A stretch of DNA of 64,000 nt, taken from assembly GCA_013374855.1 (NCBI GenBank), contig CP055308.1:102800-166799 (forward strand). Direction: 5' to 3'. Under the pieces are notes generated by a model. That model did not search any database and was not told the origin of the DNA. It worked only from the letters and a program-made list of their open reading frames with translations. A program made the position numbers and the translations under genes. This DNA comes from Candidatus Woesebacteria bacterium. GTDB taxonomy: Bacteria; Patescibacteriota; Microgenomatia; UBA8517. The stretch's first letter is position 1; each line of letters opens with the position of its first letter. Shown in pieces: positions 40,609 through 51,619 of this stretch.

Positions 40609-42318
40609 TCAGGAGATTTTATAAATCCTTTTTATCTCAGGAACCGTTGTTGCCTCAGATAAACTCTTATCATCTCTCACTCTAACTAATCTTGGAAAAC
40701 GAAGCGCAAAACCGCAAGAATGAACCGGGCTTTTGGTTATCTCATCTGCCGCAACTTCAACCACTACTGACGGCTCAACCCAAAAATCAGGAAGTAATGT
40801 TTTATCCACCTCTCCATATTCTTTTGGTTTAACCTCTGTTTTAATTTTATTCAAAAGTCTGTACATCTCCTCAAACTGTTCATCAGTAAGACCTGTACCC
40901 AGCTTAGTGATGGTTAAAATTTTATCTTTTTGCACAACCCCCAACAAAAGGCCACCCAAACCAAATTTTGTTCTTTTTCCTTTGCCCACATAATAACCCA
41001 TAACCACACAATCTATTGTGTCTGCCAATTTTCCGGCTGATTTCTTTTCCTCTTTTATCTTCACCCACCGCCATCCAGTTCTGCCAGAGACATAAGGACT
41101 ATCCATTTTTTTAACCACAATCCCCTCATAACCACGAACCGAATATTCTCTAAACTTTTCTTCTATCAAAGAATAAGAATCTGCTGGTACAAAATCAACA
41201 ACTCTAAAAACAGAATTCTCTTTAACAACATTTTTCAAAATACTCTTTCTTTCAGTATAGGGATTGTTCATCAAATTAACTTCAGATTCCAAAAGGATAT
41301 CAAAAACATAAAATTGTATGGGGACTGAATAAGAATAAGATTCTATATTATGCTTTCTCCTTCTTGTCATGGTTGTCTGAAAATCAGCTATTCTTTTTCT
41401 CTCCTCATCTACTCCAACCGCCTCTGTATCAAGAATCAAAGAAGAAGAATTGCTTGCTTCTTCAATTTTTAAAAGCTCTGGAAACATCCAAGAGACCTCA
41501 TTCAAATTGCGAGTGTATGCCTTAACAAAACCATCTTTTCCTTTTTTATAATGAATCTGGAGCCTCAGGCCATCAATCTTGGGCTCAATACCAACCCTCC
41601 CCATTTTCTTAATTATCTCCTCAGGATCTTTCAGTCTTTGGGCAAGCATTGGCAAAACAGGAACACCCACAACAGGGGAGATATTTTTGACAGCTTCATC
41701 AATCCCAAAATTCTTGACCTTCATCGCCAGAAGACCAACATCAGGCAAAACAAAATATGCTCTCTCAAGCAACGGCTTCTTGGACTTATCACCTGTCTCG
41801 TACCAAGAAAGAGCGTCCAATATGGTTTTATCTGAGAACCCAAGGCGCAACTTACCCAACGGAATTCTTGTAATAAATTTGGAAGAAAGCGGGTCAACAA
41901 AAGACAAAATTTCAGCAAAATTTCTAATCTTTCTCTCTTGGCTTCCTTCTCCAGAATCAAGTGCTACTTTAAGGAGTAGGTCATAGATTTCCTCAACTGT
42001 GGGATCCTTTTTACTTTCACTCTTGTTCAAATTAAAAGAAACATCTCCCAAATCACCAACTCTTTTAAAAACCTCAATAACCTTACTTTTCTCAACAGAA
42101 AAAGCCAAAGAAAGAGATTCTATAACCATCTTTTCTGCCAGATTAAAAACAATACCCTCATATTTCGGCTTCAAAAGCCCCAAAACTAAATAACAAACTT
42201 TATCAATTTCTTCTTTTTTACTCTCTTTAAAAAGCTCAGCTAAAATTTCGGTTATTTTGATTCTTGAAGTATTTTTCTCAAGCTGTTCAAGATATAAAGA
42301 AAGCTTACTAAATCTCAT
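40609..42318 (-). CDS. ATP-dependent DNA ligase
   Basis: Adenylation motif I EPKIDGLR plus nucleotidyltransferase and OB-domain collinearity. 569 aa. No adjacent Ku gene. Confidence 0.8.
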   Translation of the reverse strand: MRFSKLSLYLEQLEKNTSRIKITEILAELFKESKKEEIDKVCYLVLGLLKPKYEGIVFNLAEKMVIESLSLAFSVEKSKVIEVFKRVGDLGDVSFNLNKSESKKDPTVEEIYDLLLKVALDSGEGSQERKIRNFAEILSFVDPLSSKFITRIPLGKLRLGFSDKTILDALSWYETGDKSKKPLLERAYFVLPDVGLLAMKVKNFGIDEAVKNISPVVGVPVLPMLAQRLKDPEEIIKKMGRVGIEPKIDGLRLQIHYKKGKDGFVKAYTRNLNEVSWMFPELLKIEEASNSSSLILDTEAVGVDEERKRIADFQTTMTRRRKHNIESYSYSVPIQFYVFDILLESEVNLMNNPYTERKSILKNVVKENSVFRVVDFVPADSYSLIEEKFREYSVRGYEGIVVKKMDSPYVSGRTGWRWVKIKEEKKSAGKLADTIDCVVMGYYVGKGKRTKFGLGGLLLGVVQKDKILTITKLGTGLTDEQFEEMYRLLNKIKTEVKPKEYGEVDKTLLPDFWVEPSVVVEVAADEITKSPVHSCGFALRFPRLVRVRDDKSLSEATTVPEIKRIYKIS

Positions 42319-42346
42319 AAGAAGATTATAACACCTAAAAGATCAG

Positions 42347-42547
42347 TCAAGTTTTACCCATCATCGTGGAAAAGAAAAAATAAGCAAAAACAACAACCCC
42401 AATAAACAAAATGCCAAAGATTAAGTTCAAAAAACCACCGTTTTCTTCATGAAGTATCTTATTTATTCCCTCTCCAATTAAAGTCAAGCCAAAAAGACTG
42501 GGTAACACCAAAATCATATACAAAAACTGAGGGTCGTTGGGCGACAT
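42347..42547 (-). CDS. Small hydrophobic protein (66 aa)
   Basis: Two predicted TM helices. Confidence 0.35.
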   Translation of the reverse strand: MSPNDPQFLYMILVLPSLFGLTLIGEGINKILHEENGGFLNLIFGILFIGVVVFAYFFFSTMMGKT

Positions 42548-42558
42548 TTTATTTCATC

Positions 42559-43623
42559 TTATTTCTTTGCTATAACATACCTTGCTGCTTTAGTTGAACC
42601 TTCTTTTTTAATTATACCCTTTTCAAGCAACACTCTTAAATCGCGAAGTATTGTGTCTTCTGATACCATATCCAAAACTCTCCTTAACTCTCTCATCCCT
42701 GCCCCACCTGTATCTGAAATATACTCAACTAACCTTACTTGTCTTTCGGTTAATGCTATTTGCTCACCAACTTTAAGTTTGAGTCTTGTGTCAAGTGATA
42801 TCCTTCTTACTTTTTCTTTGACTTTCTCAAGCTCAATAGCTACAACCTCTGTAAAATACTCAAGCCAAGTTGTTAAATCCCTATCGTTTATACTTGGCGA
42901 TTGTTTATCTACAAGAGAAAGAGCCTGATAATAAACAAAAGGATCTGCATCAAAATGTTCCTCAAGAGAGAAAAACTTTTTAATATCATAGCCACTTTTT
43001 ATTAAAACCAAAGTAGAAAAAGCTCGTGCTGTTCTTCCGTTCCCCTCAACAAAAGGGTGTGCGGCAACCAAAAAGTAGTGAACAACGCCTGCCAAAATAA
43101 CAGGATGAATATCTTTTGCGCCATCGCTGTTTAGCCATTCAATCAAGTCCTCAATAAGGTGGGGCACTTCAACAAAAGCAGGTGGGCGCAAAATTACATC
43201 TCCTGTCTCTTCATTTTTTATAACAACCTGCACTCTTCTAAAAACACCTGCCTCTTGTTCTGGAACAAGTTTATCAACTGTAAGTTTGTGAATATCAAGA
43301 AGCATAGAAACTTCATACCCTCCCCTTTTGAATGCTAGTTCATCCAAAAGTTCAACAACATTTCTATAATTGATAACCTCTTGAATATCGCGGTGCCTTG
43401 CAACTATCGACTCTCCCTCTAAAATCTTTTTGGTCTGGAGCAAAGACAAATCATTTCCTTCGATGTGGGTACCATGATGAACTGTACGAACAAAAGCATC
43501 AGACCGAAACTGCTTCTCAAAAGAAGGAACAAGAGGAGCGTTTTCTATAACCTCCTTAGCAGCCTCAATTCTCCCAATAAAACGAAGTATTTTGTTGGTT
43601 ATTGTGTATTTTGGAGAGTACAT
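42559..43623 (-). CDS. Fic/Doc family protein with a C-terminal winged-helix domain
   Basis: Canonical Fic motif HPFVEGNGRTARAF. The start was moved to MYSPKY (43623), because the longer track ORF overlaps the divergent gene at 43682. Confidence 0.8.
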   Translation of the reverse strand: MYSPKYTITNKILRFIGRIEAAKEVIENAPLVPSFEKQFRSDAFVRTVHHGTHIEGNDLSLLQTKKILEGESIVARHRDIQEVINYRNVVELLDELAFKRGGYEVSMLLDIHKLTVDKLVPEQEAGVFRRVQVVIKNEETGDVILRPPAFVEVPHLIEDLIEWLNSDGAKDIHPVILAGVVHYFLVAAHPFVEGNGRTARAFSTLVLIKSGYDIKKFFSLEEHFDADPFVYYQALSLVDKQSPSINDRDLTTWLEYFTEVVAIELEKVKEKVRRISLDTRLKLKVGEQIALTERQVRLVEYISDTGGAGMRELRRVLDMVSEDTILRDLRVLLEKGIIKKEGSTKAARYVIAKK

Positions 43624-43681
43624 ATCCCTATTATAGCATTTTTTCTGCAGCTGTTGCGGTAAAAATATGTTAAAATAAATC

Positions 43682-43984
43682 ATGGCAAAATCTTTCCACC
43701 AAGAAGAGGTAGAAAAACAAGAGATGATCAAAAAAGCTGTCGAAGAAGCACAAAAAATAAGAAAGCAATTTATCAAAAAAACACTTGACCTTGCCACTTC
43801 TGGATTTGGACTGGTTGCTGCTCTTGCATGGAACGAGCTGATCAGAGAAACTGTAAATACATACATTAAGCCTTTTTTTGGAAAACAATCTGGAATAATT
43901 TCTCTTGCAATTTATGCTCTCCTTGTCACTTTCTTGGCAGTGTTTATAACCTACAATCTAAGTAGATGGTCAGAAAAAAAATAA
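43682..43984 (+). CDS. Small membrane protein (100 aa)
   Basis: Charged N-terminal helix, a TM pair (GFGLVAALAW..., ISLAIYALLVTFLAVFI). Confidence 0.5.
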   Translation: MAKSFHQEEVEKQEMIKKAVEEAQKIRKQFIKKTLDLATSGFGLVAALAWNELIRETVNTYIKPFFGKQSGIISLAIYALLVTFLAVFITYNLSRWSEKK

Positions 43985-44102
43985 AAACCTAATTCATAAA
44001 TCCCAAATTCACTAACCTTCCGCCGATAATTACAATCTAGACAACAGGTAGTAGATGGCAGAATTTTTAAAAAATATACTAGATCCAAAAAAACAAAATA
44101 AA

Positions 44103-44351
44103 CTAATTATTAGATGGGCCAGAAGCTGGATCGATTTTAATAGGCCTACCATCAGGATCTTCACCTATACCTTCGGTAATATCTGTAACTATAACTGTTG
44201 TACCTGTCTCTTGCGCAATTATTCTTGCAGCATCAACAGCCAAACTGTTCGGGTCAACAGGCTTTCCTTCAGATCCAATTGTTATCACCTTACCCTTTTT
44301 AATCCCTTTAGGATTGCTCTCTTTCTCTGTCATAACTTTATTATATAACAA
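44103..44351 (-). CDS. Hypothetical small protein (82 aa)
   Basis: ORF with a G/D/P-rich C-terminus. No motif. Confidence 0.35.
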   Translation of the reverse strand: MLYNKVMTEKESNPKGIKKGKVITIGSEGKPVDPNSLAVDAARIIAQETGTTVIVTDITEGIGEDPDGRPIKIDPASGPSNN

Positions 44352-44377
44352 TCTGTATACTACTTCCTACCATAAAC

Positions 44378-45535
44378 TTACAATTTAATCATCAAAAAAG
44401 AAGCAAAACCCCCAATATAATGGTCGTCGGCGGTTGTAATAATGCTTTGACCCAAAGAAAAATTCGCGTAATTACCTTTCCTCCCAAGAAGATCGAAAAT
44501 TATCTTTCTGTGCTCGTGATCTAACTCCGAAAAAATATCATCAAGCAAAAACAAAGGCTTGTCTCCGGAAATCATTTCAATAAAACAAAACTCAGAAAGC
44601 TTAAGCCACAAAACAGCCATTCTTTGTTCACCACGAGAACCAAAACGCGAAAGATCACGTTCTTTTTGGTTTGAATTTTTCGCCTTAAAGATAATATCAT
44701 CTCTGTGGGGACCTACCAAAGTAGTTGCTGCTGCAATTTCCTCCTGTGCATATTGCTCAAGCCTTGCCTCACTAATAGCGCTTTTGTCATATTCCAACTT
44801 AAAATCATTAAAATTACTGCCAATTTCAAGTTTATTTGCAAAATCAACAAACTCCTCCCTTTTTCTTGATATATAATCTCCATTTTTAATAAGCAATCTA
44901 TCCCAAAAAAGAAGCTGGCTTCGAGACAATCCCTCTTCCCTAATTCGCAAAAGAAGCCTGTTTCTTTGCTTTAAGCCTTTCTCGTAAGAAAGAATTGATC
45001 TTCTGTATTCCCTGTCAACTTGAGAAAGAACATTATCCAAAAACTTACGCCTCAAAGCTGGAGATTGTGTCACTAAATCCATATCCCAAGGACCAAAAAG
45101 AACAGTTTTTAAATTACCCGCAAAATCAACCAATCGTTTTGAAATATCATTAACAAGAAGCTTCTTCCTTGGAGCTTTCTCAAACTTATCCCCACCAATA
45201 TCTATCTCCCCCCGCGTAAGCACCACCTCCAAACTATTAGCTTGTCTGAAGCTACTAACATTGGGTTTATCAAGATTACCTCCACTTCCGATCTCTCTAT
45301 TCCCCTCAAACTCTAGTTTTCCCTCCACTCGCGCAAGACTAGCATCATAATTTATCATTTCCTCTTCTATTTTTGCCTTAAAACTTTTGCCTGTTGAAAG
45401 AAGAAAAATAGATTCAAGAATATTCGTTTTACCCGACGCATTGGGACCTATAATCACATTAACCAAACTATCAAATTCAAAAATCCTCTTCTTTATATTT
45501 CTAAAGTTCTCAAGCTTTAAATTCCTTAAAGTCAT
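44378..45535 (-). CDS. recF: DNA replication and repair protein RecF
   Basis: Walker A GPNASGKTNILESI, SMC-like signature region and Walker B LLLDDIFSELD. Confidence 0.85.
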   Translation of the reverse strand: MTLRNLKLENFRNIKKRIFEFDSLVNVIIGPNASGKTNILESIFLLSTGKSFKAKIEEEMINYDASLARVEGKLEFEGNREIGSGGNLDKPNVSSFRQANSLEVVLTRGEIDIGGDKFEKAPRKKLLVNDISKRLVDFAGNLKTVLFGPWDMDLVTQSPALRRKFLDNVLSQVDREYRRSILSYEKGLKQRNRLLLRIREEGLSRSQLLFWDRLLIKNGDYISRKREEFVDFANKLEIGSNFNDFKLEYDKSAISEARLEQYAQEEIAAATTLVGPHRDDIIFKAKNSNQKERDLSRFGSRGEQRMAVLWLKLSEFCFIEMISGDKPLFLLDDIFSELDHEHRKIIFDLLGRKGNYANFSLGQSIITTADDHYIGGFASFLMIKL

Positions 45536-45559
45536 AAGTATAATCGTATGATACTACAT

Positions 45560-46657
45560 ATGAGAATACTTTTTTTAACAGCATCCTATCTACCTACAAT
45601 AAACGGGGTCAGTATTCACATAAGAGACCTAAAAAAAACACTTCAAAAAATGGGCCACAAAGTTTTTGTTCTTGCGCCAACTTTTCCCGGTTATCAAGAT
45701 ATTGAAAAAAACATAATAAGATACCCTTCACTTCCAAACCCATTTGCGCAAAATTATCCACTTGGAATACCAATAATTAGAATTGATAAAATAAAAAAAA
45801 TAAAGCCAGATATAATCCACACACACCACCCGCTAATCATAGGCAAATTTGCAAGCTACCTTTCCCAAAAATTGTCCGTTCCACTTTTTTTTACAGCTCA
45901 TACAAGATACGACCAATATCTAAACTATTACTTCCCTCATGGATACCAAATCACATCAAAAGTAATAATCAAAGACTTAAAAAACTTATCTCAAAAATGC
46001 AAAAAGATAATCTGTCCTTCACCTGAAACAGAAAAAAGATTAAACAAGATTGGAATCAATAACACAAGAGTAGTTTTCAACGGAGTCGATACAAAAATTT
46101 TCAATCCAGGTTTAAACCAAACCAAAATACCAACATTAGTATTTACAGGAAGATTAGAAAGGGAAAAAAATCCAACATACCTCATCAAAATAGCTAAAAA
46201 TCTAAAAGAAAGAAATTTCAATTTTAAAATGCTTATCATAGGAGACGGAAAACTTCTTCCAGAAATTTCAAAACTAATATTTAAAAACAAATTAGAAAAC
46301 AATATCACTCTTGGAGGCAAAATAAATCAAGAAGTCCTGCCATCAATATACCAATCAGCAAACCTGTTTATTACTCCATCAAAATCAGAGGTTATGCCAC
46401 TATCACTTCTTGAAGCACTTGCCTGCGGGCTCCCAGTAATTTGCCTTGAAAAATCAAACCTTGAATCTTTGATAATTAACAAAAAAAATGGACTTTTATT
46501 AAAAGACAACCCCAAAACGGTAGCCGAAGCTATTATTGATCTTTTTAAAGAAAGAGAACTTCTTGAAAAAATGTCACACGAAGCTAGGAAAACAGCACTA
46601 AAGTATTCTGTGGAGAAAAATGCTAAAGAAATAATCAAAACTTATCTAGAAAAATAA
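45560..46657 (+). CDS. Glycosyltransferase family 4 (GT-B fold)
   Basis: N-terminal MRILFLTASYLPTINGVS, with the C-terminal EALACGLPVI motif typical of GT4. Confidence 0.8.
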   Translation: MRILFLTASYLPTINGVSIHIRDLKKTLQKMGHKVFVLAPTFPGYQDIEKNIIRYPSLPNPFAQNYPLGIPIIRIDKIKKIKPDIIHTHHPLIIGKFASYLSQKLSVPLFFTAHTRYDQYLNYYFPHGYQITSKVIIKDLKNLSQKCKKIICPSPETEKRLNKIGINNTRVVFNGVDTKIFNPGLNQTKIPTLVFTGRLEREKNPTYLIKIAKNLKERNFNFKMLIIGDGKLLPEISKLIFKNKLENNITLGGKINQEVLPSIYQSANLFITPSKSEVMPLSLLEALACGLPVICLEKSNLESLIINKKNGLLLKDNPKTVAEAIIDLFKERELLEKMSHEARKTALKYSVEKNAKEIIKTYLEK

Positions 46658-46660
46658 AAC

Positions 46661-47527
46661 CTATTTTTGGCAACCTTCACAAAAATAGGTACCCCGGCCG
46701 CCAAGTTGTATCTTTTTAATTTCCGCACCACAACGAGGACAATTTTGACCAACCTTTCCATAAACAAAAGTAAAATCCTGATACTTGCCTTCTGTGCCAT
46801 CAACATTCACAAAAGTGTTCTCACTTGAACCACCTCTTTTTATACCATCTTTTAGGACTTTTATTATAGAATTGTATAAGTTATTCTGTTCATAATCCCT
46901 TAAACTATTTGCAGGTCGTCTTGGGTCAATTCCCGCAAGAAAAAGTGCATCGTTGGCATAGATATTCCCAATTCCGGCAATTTTTTCCTGATCCATTAAT
47001 ATCAATTTAACCGCTTTCTTGCTCTTACTTAAAATATTCGAAAAATCTTTCAGTGTTAGAGTTGGCAAAGAAGGAGAGGGAACAGCAGGAGGTTCATAAC
47101 CCAGCCTTTTGACTAACTCTTCAGGTTTAAATTCAGAATTCTTAACAACCTTAATCCAACCAAATACACGAAGGTCGTTAAAGTAAAGAAAGCCATTTCT
47201 GTCAAGCTTAAAAACAACACGTGTGTATCTTCCCGGAAGGCCACCAACAATTTTTTCAGAAAGAGGGGGTGGTTTTCTTAAATTCGGTCCGCGATAAACA
47301 AGCTGACCCGTAAGTTTTAGGTGAACAATCAAAGAAAAATCATTATCAAGACCAAGAAACAAAACTTTTCCAAATCGACTAAACTCTACAAAACAAGATC
47401 CAATAATATCCCTCCTATCTCCCAAAAAGGATCGTTTATCAGACACTATAACGTCTTCAATCTTGTGTCCTTTGAGAAAAGTCTCAAGCTGGCTTCTAAT
47501 TGCTTCTACTTCTGGTAATTCTGGCAT
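46661..47527 (-). CDS. mutM: Formamidopyrimidine-DNA glycosylase
   Basis: N-terminal MPELPEVE, H2TH domain and a C-terminal zinc finger CPRCGAEIKKIQLGGRGTYFCEGCQ. Confidence 0.9.
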   Translation of the reverse strand: MPELPEVEAIRSQLETFLKGHKIEDVIVSDKRSFLGDRRDIIGSCFVEFSRFGKVLFLGLDNDFSLIVHLKLTGQLVYRGPNLRKPPPLSEKIVGGLPGRYTRVVFKLDRNGFLYFNDLRVFGWIKVVKNSEFKPEELVKRLGYEPPAVPSPSLPTLTLKDFSNILSKSKKAVKLILMDQEKIAGIGNIYANDALFLAGIDPRRPANSLRDYEQNNLYNSIIKVLKDGIKRGGSSENTFVNVDGTEGKYQDFTFVYGKVGQNCPRCGAEIKKIQLGGRGTYFCEGCQK

Positions 47528-47565
47528 AAGTCAATAAAATTCAAGAGCACACAAATAATCTACTC

Positions 47566-48720
47566 TCATAATACTTTTATGATAACCCTTTCTATTCCTT
47601 TTACAAACAAACCCCTACTAAATCTACGGGCATTTGCTTGGATTCTTTTTCTATCCCAATTTATCTTACTAAATTCACAAACAGCACTTCTTATAGATTC
47701 CTCATCTGTAGAATTAATCAAAATCCCTGTCACACCATCAATAACAGTCTCCTTAAACCCCCCTCCGTTATAGGCGATAACAGGCGTACCTGCAGCTTGG
47801 GCCTCAACAGGAGTAATACCAAAATCCTCATCACGAGCAAGCGCTATAAACCCTTTTGCAAGAGCATACAATTTGTAAAGCTTGTCATCAGAGACCCTTC
47901 CAAGCAATTCAATGTTTCCACCAGAAACTTCTTTTAATCTTTTTATCACATCCGAGTAACCAGCAGCCTCACCAACAATTTTGAGCTTATAAGGCAAATT
48001 TTTAAAAGCAACCGCTGCCTCTTCTATTCCCTTTGCTCCAACCAGCCTTGAGACTACCAAAAAATAATCCTCTTTTTGCGATGTTCTCAAGTTTCGAGAC
48101 ACTTTTTGAATTTTTTCCACTTCCACCGGCGGATAGACAACGACAGCATCCCGCCTGTAAAACTTTTGTATTCTTTGTCTTACATTTTCTGAATTAGCAA
48201 TAAAAACATCAACTCCTGCTCTAATAGGAATTCTATCTCTTTTTGGAGGTTGAGCAGTTAAAAAATCATAAAGCCTTATAAAATGTCCAACGATAGCAGC
48301 ATAAACCTTGACAGGCCAATATCTTGTAAAACCAACTGAAGTTTCATATCCATAAAGCCAACGAGGAGGAGTATGACAATAAGCAACAACTTTTGTCTTT
48401 GCTCCAATCTTAAAACCTCGTGTTACATACCAACTACAAGAAGTAATAACCAAATCATAATCTGATAAATCAAAGCTTCCCCAAATAACAGGAATTAAAA
48501 AACGAAGAGGACTATAAAGCTTTCCTAGCTTTAAAAGAGGGGCTAGAAAACTTTCAATTATTTTTTTATCCTTAAATTCTCTGTGCGCAGTTGATCCTTT
48601 TACACAAAAAGCAGTATAAATAGGAGCATCAGGAAAAATTTCAGTCAATGTCTTCAAGACTCTCTCTGCCCCACCAAACTCTTTTATGTAATCGTGAACT
48701 AAAGCAACTTTCATATCCAA
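47566..48720 (-). CDS. Glycosyltransferase family 4
   Basis: GT-B fold with a conserved E...E motif region (GITPVEAQAAGTPVIA). Confidence 0.8.
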   Translation of the reverse strand: MDMKVALVHDYIKEFGGAERVLKTLTEIFPDAPIYTAFCVKGSTAHREFKDKKIIESFLAPLLKLGKLYSPLRFLIPVIWGSFDLSDYDLVITSCSWYVTRGFKIGAKTKVVAYCHTPPRWLYGYETSVGFTRYWPVKVYAAIVGHFIRLYDFLTAQPPKRDRIPIRAGVDVFIANSENVRQRIQKFYRRDAVVVYPPVEVEKIQKVSRNLRTSQKEDYFLVVSRLVGAKGIEEAAVAFKNLPYKLKIVGEAAGYSDVIKRLKEVSGGNIELLGRVSDDKLYKLYALAKGFIALARDEDFGITPVEAQAAGTPVIAYNGGGFKETVIDGVTGILINSTDEESIRSAVCEFSKINWDRKRIQANARRFSRGLFVKGIERVIIKVL

Positions 48721-48765
48721 ATTAAGAACTAATGCTAAATCAAGAGCAAGTATTGCAAATTATCA

Positions 48766-49677
48766 CTAAAACAGCTTTCCCTGACTTTCCGAAACAAAAA
48801 CTTTTCCCAATTCTTTTGCCCTTTTTGCCAAGGTTTTAAAACCAATTCTTTCAAATGTGTCAAAGACAGCCTGTCTATCAATCTGCCATTTTTTTAGATC
48901 ATCAAAATTTACCTCCAATGGCACTTTATCCTCAATCTTTGCCAATCTATAAGAAAGTTCGCCATCCTTTTTACCATCAAGCAAGACTTTGGCAAGTTTG
49001 GGAGGAAATTTATCAATTGACGAATAAATTTTATCAAGAGAACCATACTTTGATAAAAGAGAGATGGCTGTCTTTGGCCCAATTCCTCTTACCCCAGGAT
49101 AATTATCAGACGAATCACCAACCAAAGCTTTGTAATCTACAACTACAGAAGGTAAAATTCCTAATCTTTCTTCTACATCCTTTTCTTTATAAATTCTACC
49201 CTGTGTTACTCCTTTCTCCATCAGATAAACACGAATCTTTTTTGCATCATCAACAAGTTGCAATATATCTCTGTCTCCTGTAACAATAATGATTTCTTCA
49301 AAACCTGCCCTGTGTGCCTTTTCTGCAAGAGTCCCTATTACATCATCTGCTTCAAAACCAGCAACGGAAAAGATGGGTATTCCAAAAGACTCTATCACTT
49401 CTTTTGTTATATCAATCTGAGAAATAAATTCCTTATCTGCCTCTGGACGTTGAGCTTGATAAGACTCATAAATTTCTTTTCTAAAAGTTTTTTCTTTTCG
49501 ATCAAAACAAACAGCAATATGAGTTGGCCGTAAATCTGAAATCAATCTAAAAAGTATAGAAACAAATCCGTATACAGCATTAACCTGGCCAACTTTTGAG
49601 GTCAAAGGAGGAAGAGCATGATAAGCACGGTAAAGAACCGCATGACCGTCTATTAAAACAAGCCTACTCATAAACAA
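48766..49677 (-). CDS. 5'-3' exonuclease (FEN/Pol I N-terminal nuclease family)
   Basis: LVLIDGHAVLYRAYHAL and acidic clusters (IIVTGDRDILQL). H3TH region is present. Confidence 0.85.
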   Translation of the reverse strand: MFMSRLVLIDGHAVLYRAYHALPPLTSKVGQVNAVYGFVSILFRLISDLRPTHIAVCFDRKEKTFRKEIYESYQAQRPEADKEFISQIDITKEVIESFGIPIFSVAGFEADDVIGTLAEKAHRAGFEEIIIVTGDRDILQLVDDAKKIRVYLMEKGVTQGRIYKEKDVEERLGILPSVVVDYKALVGDSSDNYPGVRGIGPKTAISLLSKYGSLDKIYSSIDKFPPKLAKVLLDGKKDGELSYRLAKIEDKVPLEVNFDDLKKWQIDRQAVFDTFERIGFKTLAKRAKELGKVFVSESQGKLF

Positions 49678-49720
49678 ATAGTAGATACAAAGTAGTAAGT
49701 AGTTAGCATAAGAAATAGAA

Positions 49721-51577
49721 CTATTCTCCCTTTAATATTTTCTCAAACTCATCTCGTGTCAACGTTTCTTTTCTCAGAAGCTCTTCTACAACAGCATCAA
49801 GTTTTTTCCTTTTAGTTCTCACAATCTTTAACGCCTCTTGATAGCAAGAATCAACTATCTTTTTTATTTCAAGATCTACTTTTTCCTGCATTGAAGGAGA
49901 GATGTTGGCAGGCTCATACCACTCCATCTTTCCAAACTCTGAAACATCATACTGCGGTCCAAGATTCAACGGCCCCAAATCACTCATTCCAAATTCAACA
50001 ACCATCGCCCGGGCAATAGATGTTGCCTTATCAATATCGTTTGCCGCACCAGATGTCATTTCATTAAAAACAATTTTTTCTGCAGCTCTTCCTCCAAGCA
50101 TAGCAGTAATTTGAGAAAGAAGTCTACTTCTTGTCTCGTGAGTCCTGTCTGCCGCCGGTGGAATAAGTGTGTGCCCCAAACTCATACCACGAGCAACAAT
50201 CGAGATTCTCTCAACAGGATCCATTTTAGGAAGAAAATAAGAAACAACAGCATGACCTGCTTCATGATAGGCAGTTATTTTCTTATCCTCCTCACTTTGA
50301 AGTTTCTTTTTAGCAGGGCCAAGTTTAACTTTAGTTGCCGCTTCTTCCAAATCTTCCAATTCTATCCCCTTTCTGTTGGCACGCGCAGCAAGAATGGCTG
50401 CCTCATTTAGCATATTTTCAAGATCTGCTCCAGAAAAACCAACAGTGCGGTCTGCGATCTTTCCCCAATCAACCCTAACTGAAAACTTCTTACCTCGCGC
50501 GTGAATTTTAAGAATTGCCTCCCTCCCTTCTTTATCTGGCATATCAAGCACTACTCTTCTATCAAACCTACCCGGTCTAAGCAAAGCGGGATCCAAAAGA
50601 TCGCCTCTGTTTGTAGCAGCAATCACAACAACATTATCGTTTGGAGTAAAACCATCCATTTCCACTAATATTTGGTTTAAGGTTTGTTCACGCTCATCAT
50701 GTCCTCCTATAAAACCACGGCCTCTTTGTCTGCCAATAGCGTCAATCTCATCAATAAAGATAATGGAAGGGGCTGCTGCTTTTGCTTGAGCAAAAAGATC
50801 GCGAACCCGCGACGCCCCAACCCCAACCAGCATTTCCATAAACTCGCTCCCTGCCATTGAAAAAAACGGAACACCCGCTTCACCTGCTACAGCTCGAGCA
50901 AGAAGAGTTTTTCCAACACCAGAGGGACCAAAAAGCAAAACCCCTTTGGGTGTACGAGCGCCAATTTTTCGGTATTTTTCGGGACTCTTCAAGAAATCCA
51001 CCACTTCTTCAAGCTCCTTCTTGGCATCATCAACCCCAGCAACATCGGCAAAAGTAACATTCTGTTTCCCCTTGGCAAAAAGCCTGGCACGTGATTTTCC
51101 AAAAGAAAAAATGTCCCCTGCCGCCCTATTTTGGGCTTTGATTATAAAAAGAAAAATAACAGCAAAAAGAATAACAGGCAAAATTGTGGCAAGAATATCA
51201 ACTACAGTTTTGGACAAAGACTGGTCAACTACTTTATATTTAACTTTTGAAGGCTCAATTCCTTCCCTTGAAAGAAGCTCTGAAAAACTTTCCGAGGGTT
51301 CTTTAACAGAAAACTTAGTTGAACCATCAGCATAATTTAAAACCAATTTCTCATCCTGTACCAAGACTTCTGTTATTTTACCCTCTTTTATGTCATTTAA
51401 AGCCTGAGAAATATCAACATTTGTGCTTGTTTTTCCAAGTTCAATTAAAGAAAGAACAAAAGGGAGAAACAAAATCAGAAAAACAAAAAATAAAAGAATA
51501 CGCCAGATGTTTATTTTTATTCTAAATTCTAACTTTTTCCTCATCTCAGGGATTTTCATCCCTTTTTCATTTTTCAT
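49721..51577 (-). CDS. ftsH: ATP-dependent zinc metalloprotease FtsH
   Basis: N-terminal TM, AAA Walker [12 protein letters not shown], and the HEAGHA zinc motif. Confidence 0.9.
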   Translation of the reverse strand: MKNEKGMKIPEMRKKLEFRIKINIWRILLFFVFLILFLPFVLSLIELGKTSTNVDISQALNDIKEGKITEVLVQDEKLVLNYADGSTKFSVKEPSESFSELLSREGIEPSKVKYKVVDQSLSKTVVDILATILPVILFAVIFLFIIKAQNRAAGDIFSFGKSRARLFAKGKQNVTFADVAGVDDAKKELEEVVDFLKSPEKYRKIGARTPKGVLLFGPSGVGKTLLARAVAGEAGVPFFSMAGSEFMEMLVGVGASRVRDLFAQAKAAAPSIIFIDEIDAIGRQRGRGFIGGHDEREQTLNQILVEMDGFTPNDNVVVIAATNRGDLLDPALLRPGRFDRRVVLDMPDKEGREAILKIHARGKKFSVRVDWGKIADRTVGFSGADLENMLNEAAILAARANRKGIELEDLEEAATKVKLGPAKKKLQSEEDKKITAYHEAGHAVVSYFLPKMDPVERISIVARGMSLGHTLIPPAADRTHETRSRLLSQITAMLGGRAAEKIVFNEMTSGAANDIDKATSIARAMVVEFGMSDLGPLNLGPQYDVSEFGKMEWYEPANISPSMQEKVDLEIKKIVDSCYQEALKIVRTKRKKLDAVVEELLRKETLTRDEFEKILKGE

Positions 51578-51619
51578 ACCAAGCTATTATATAGTAGCAA
51601 TTTGTTTGGAGCAAGCAGG

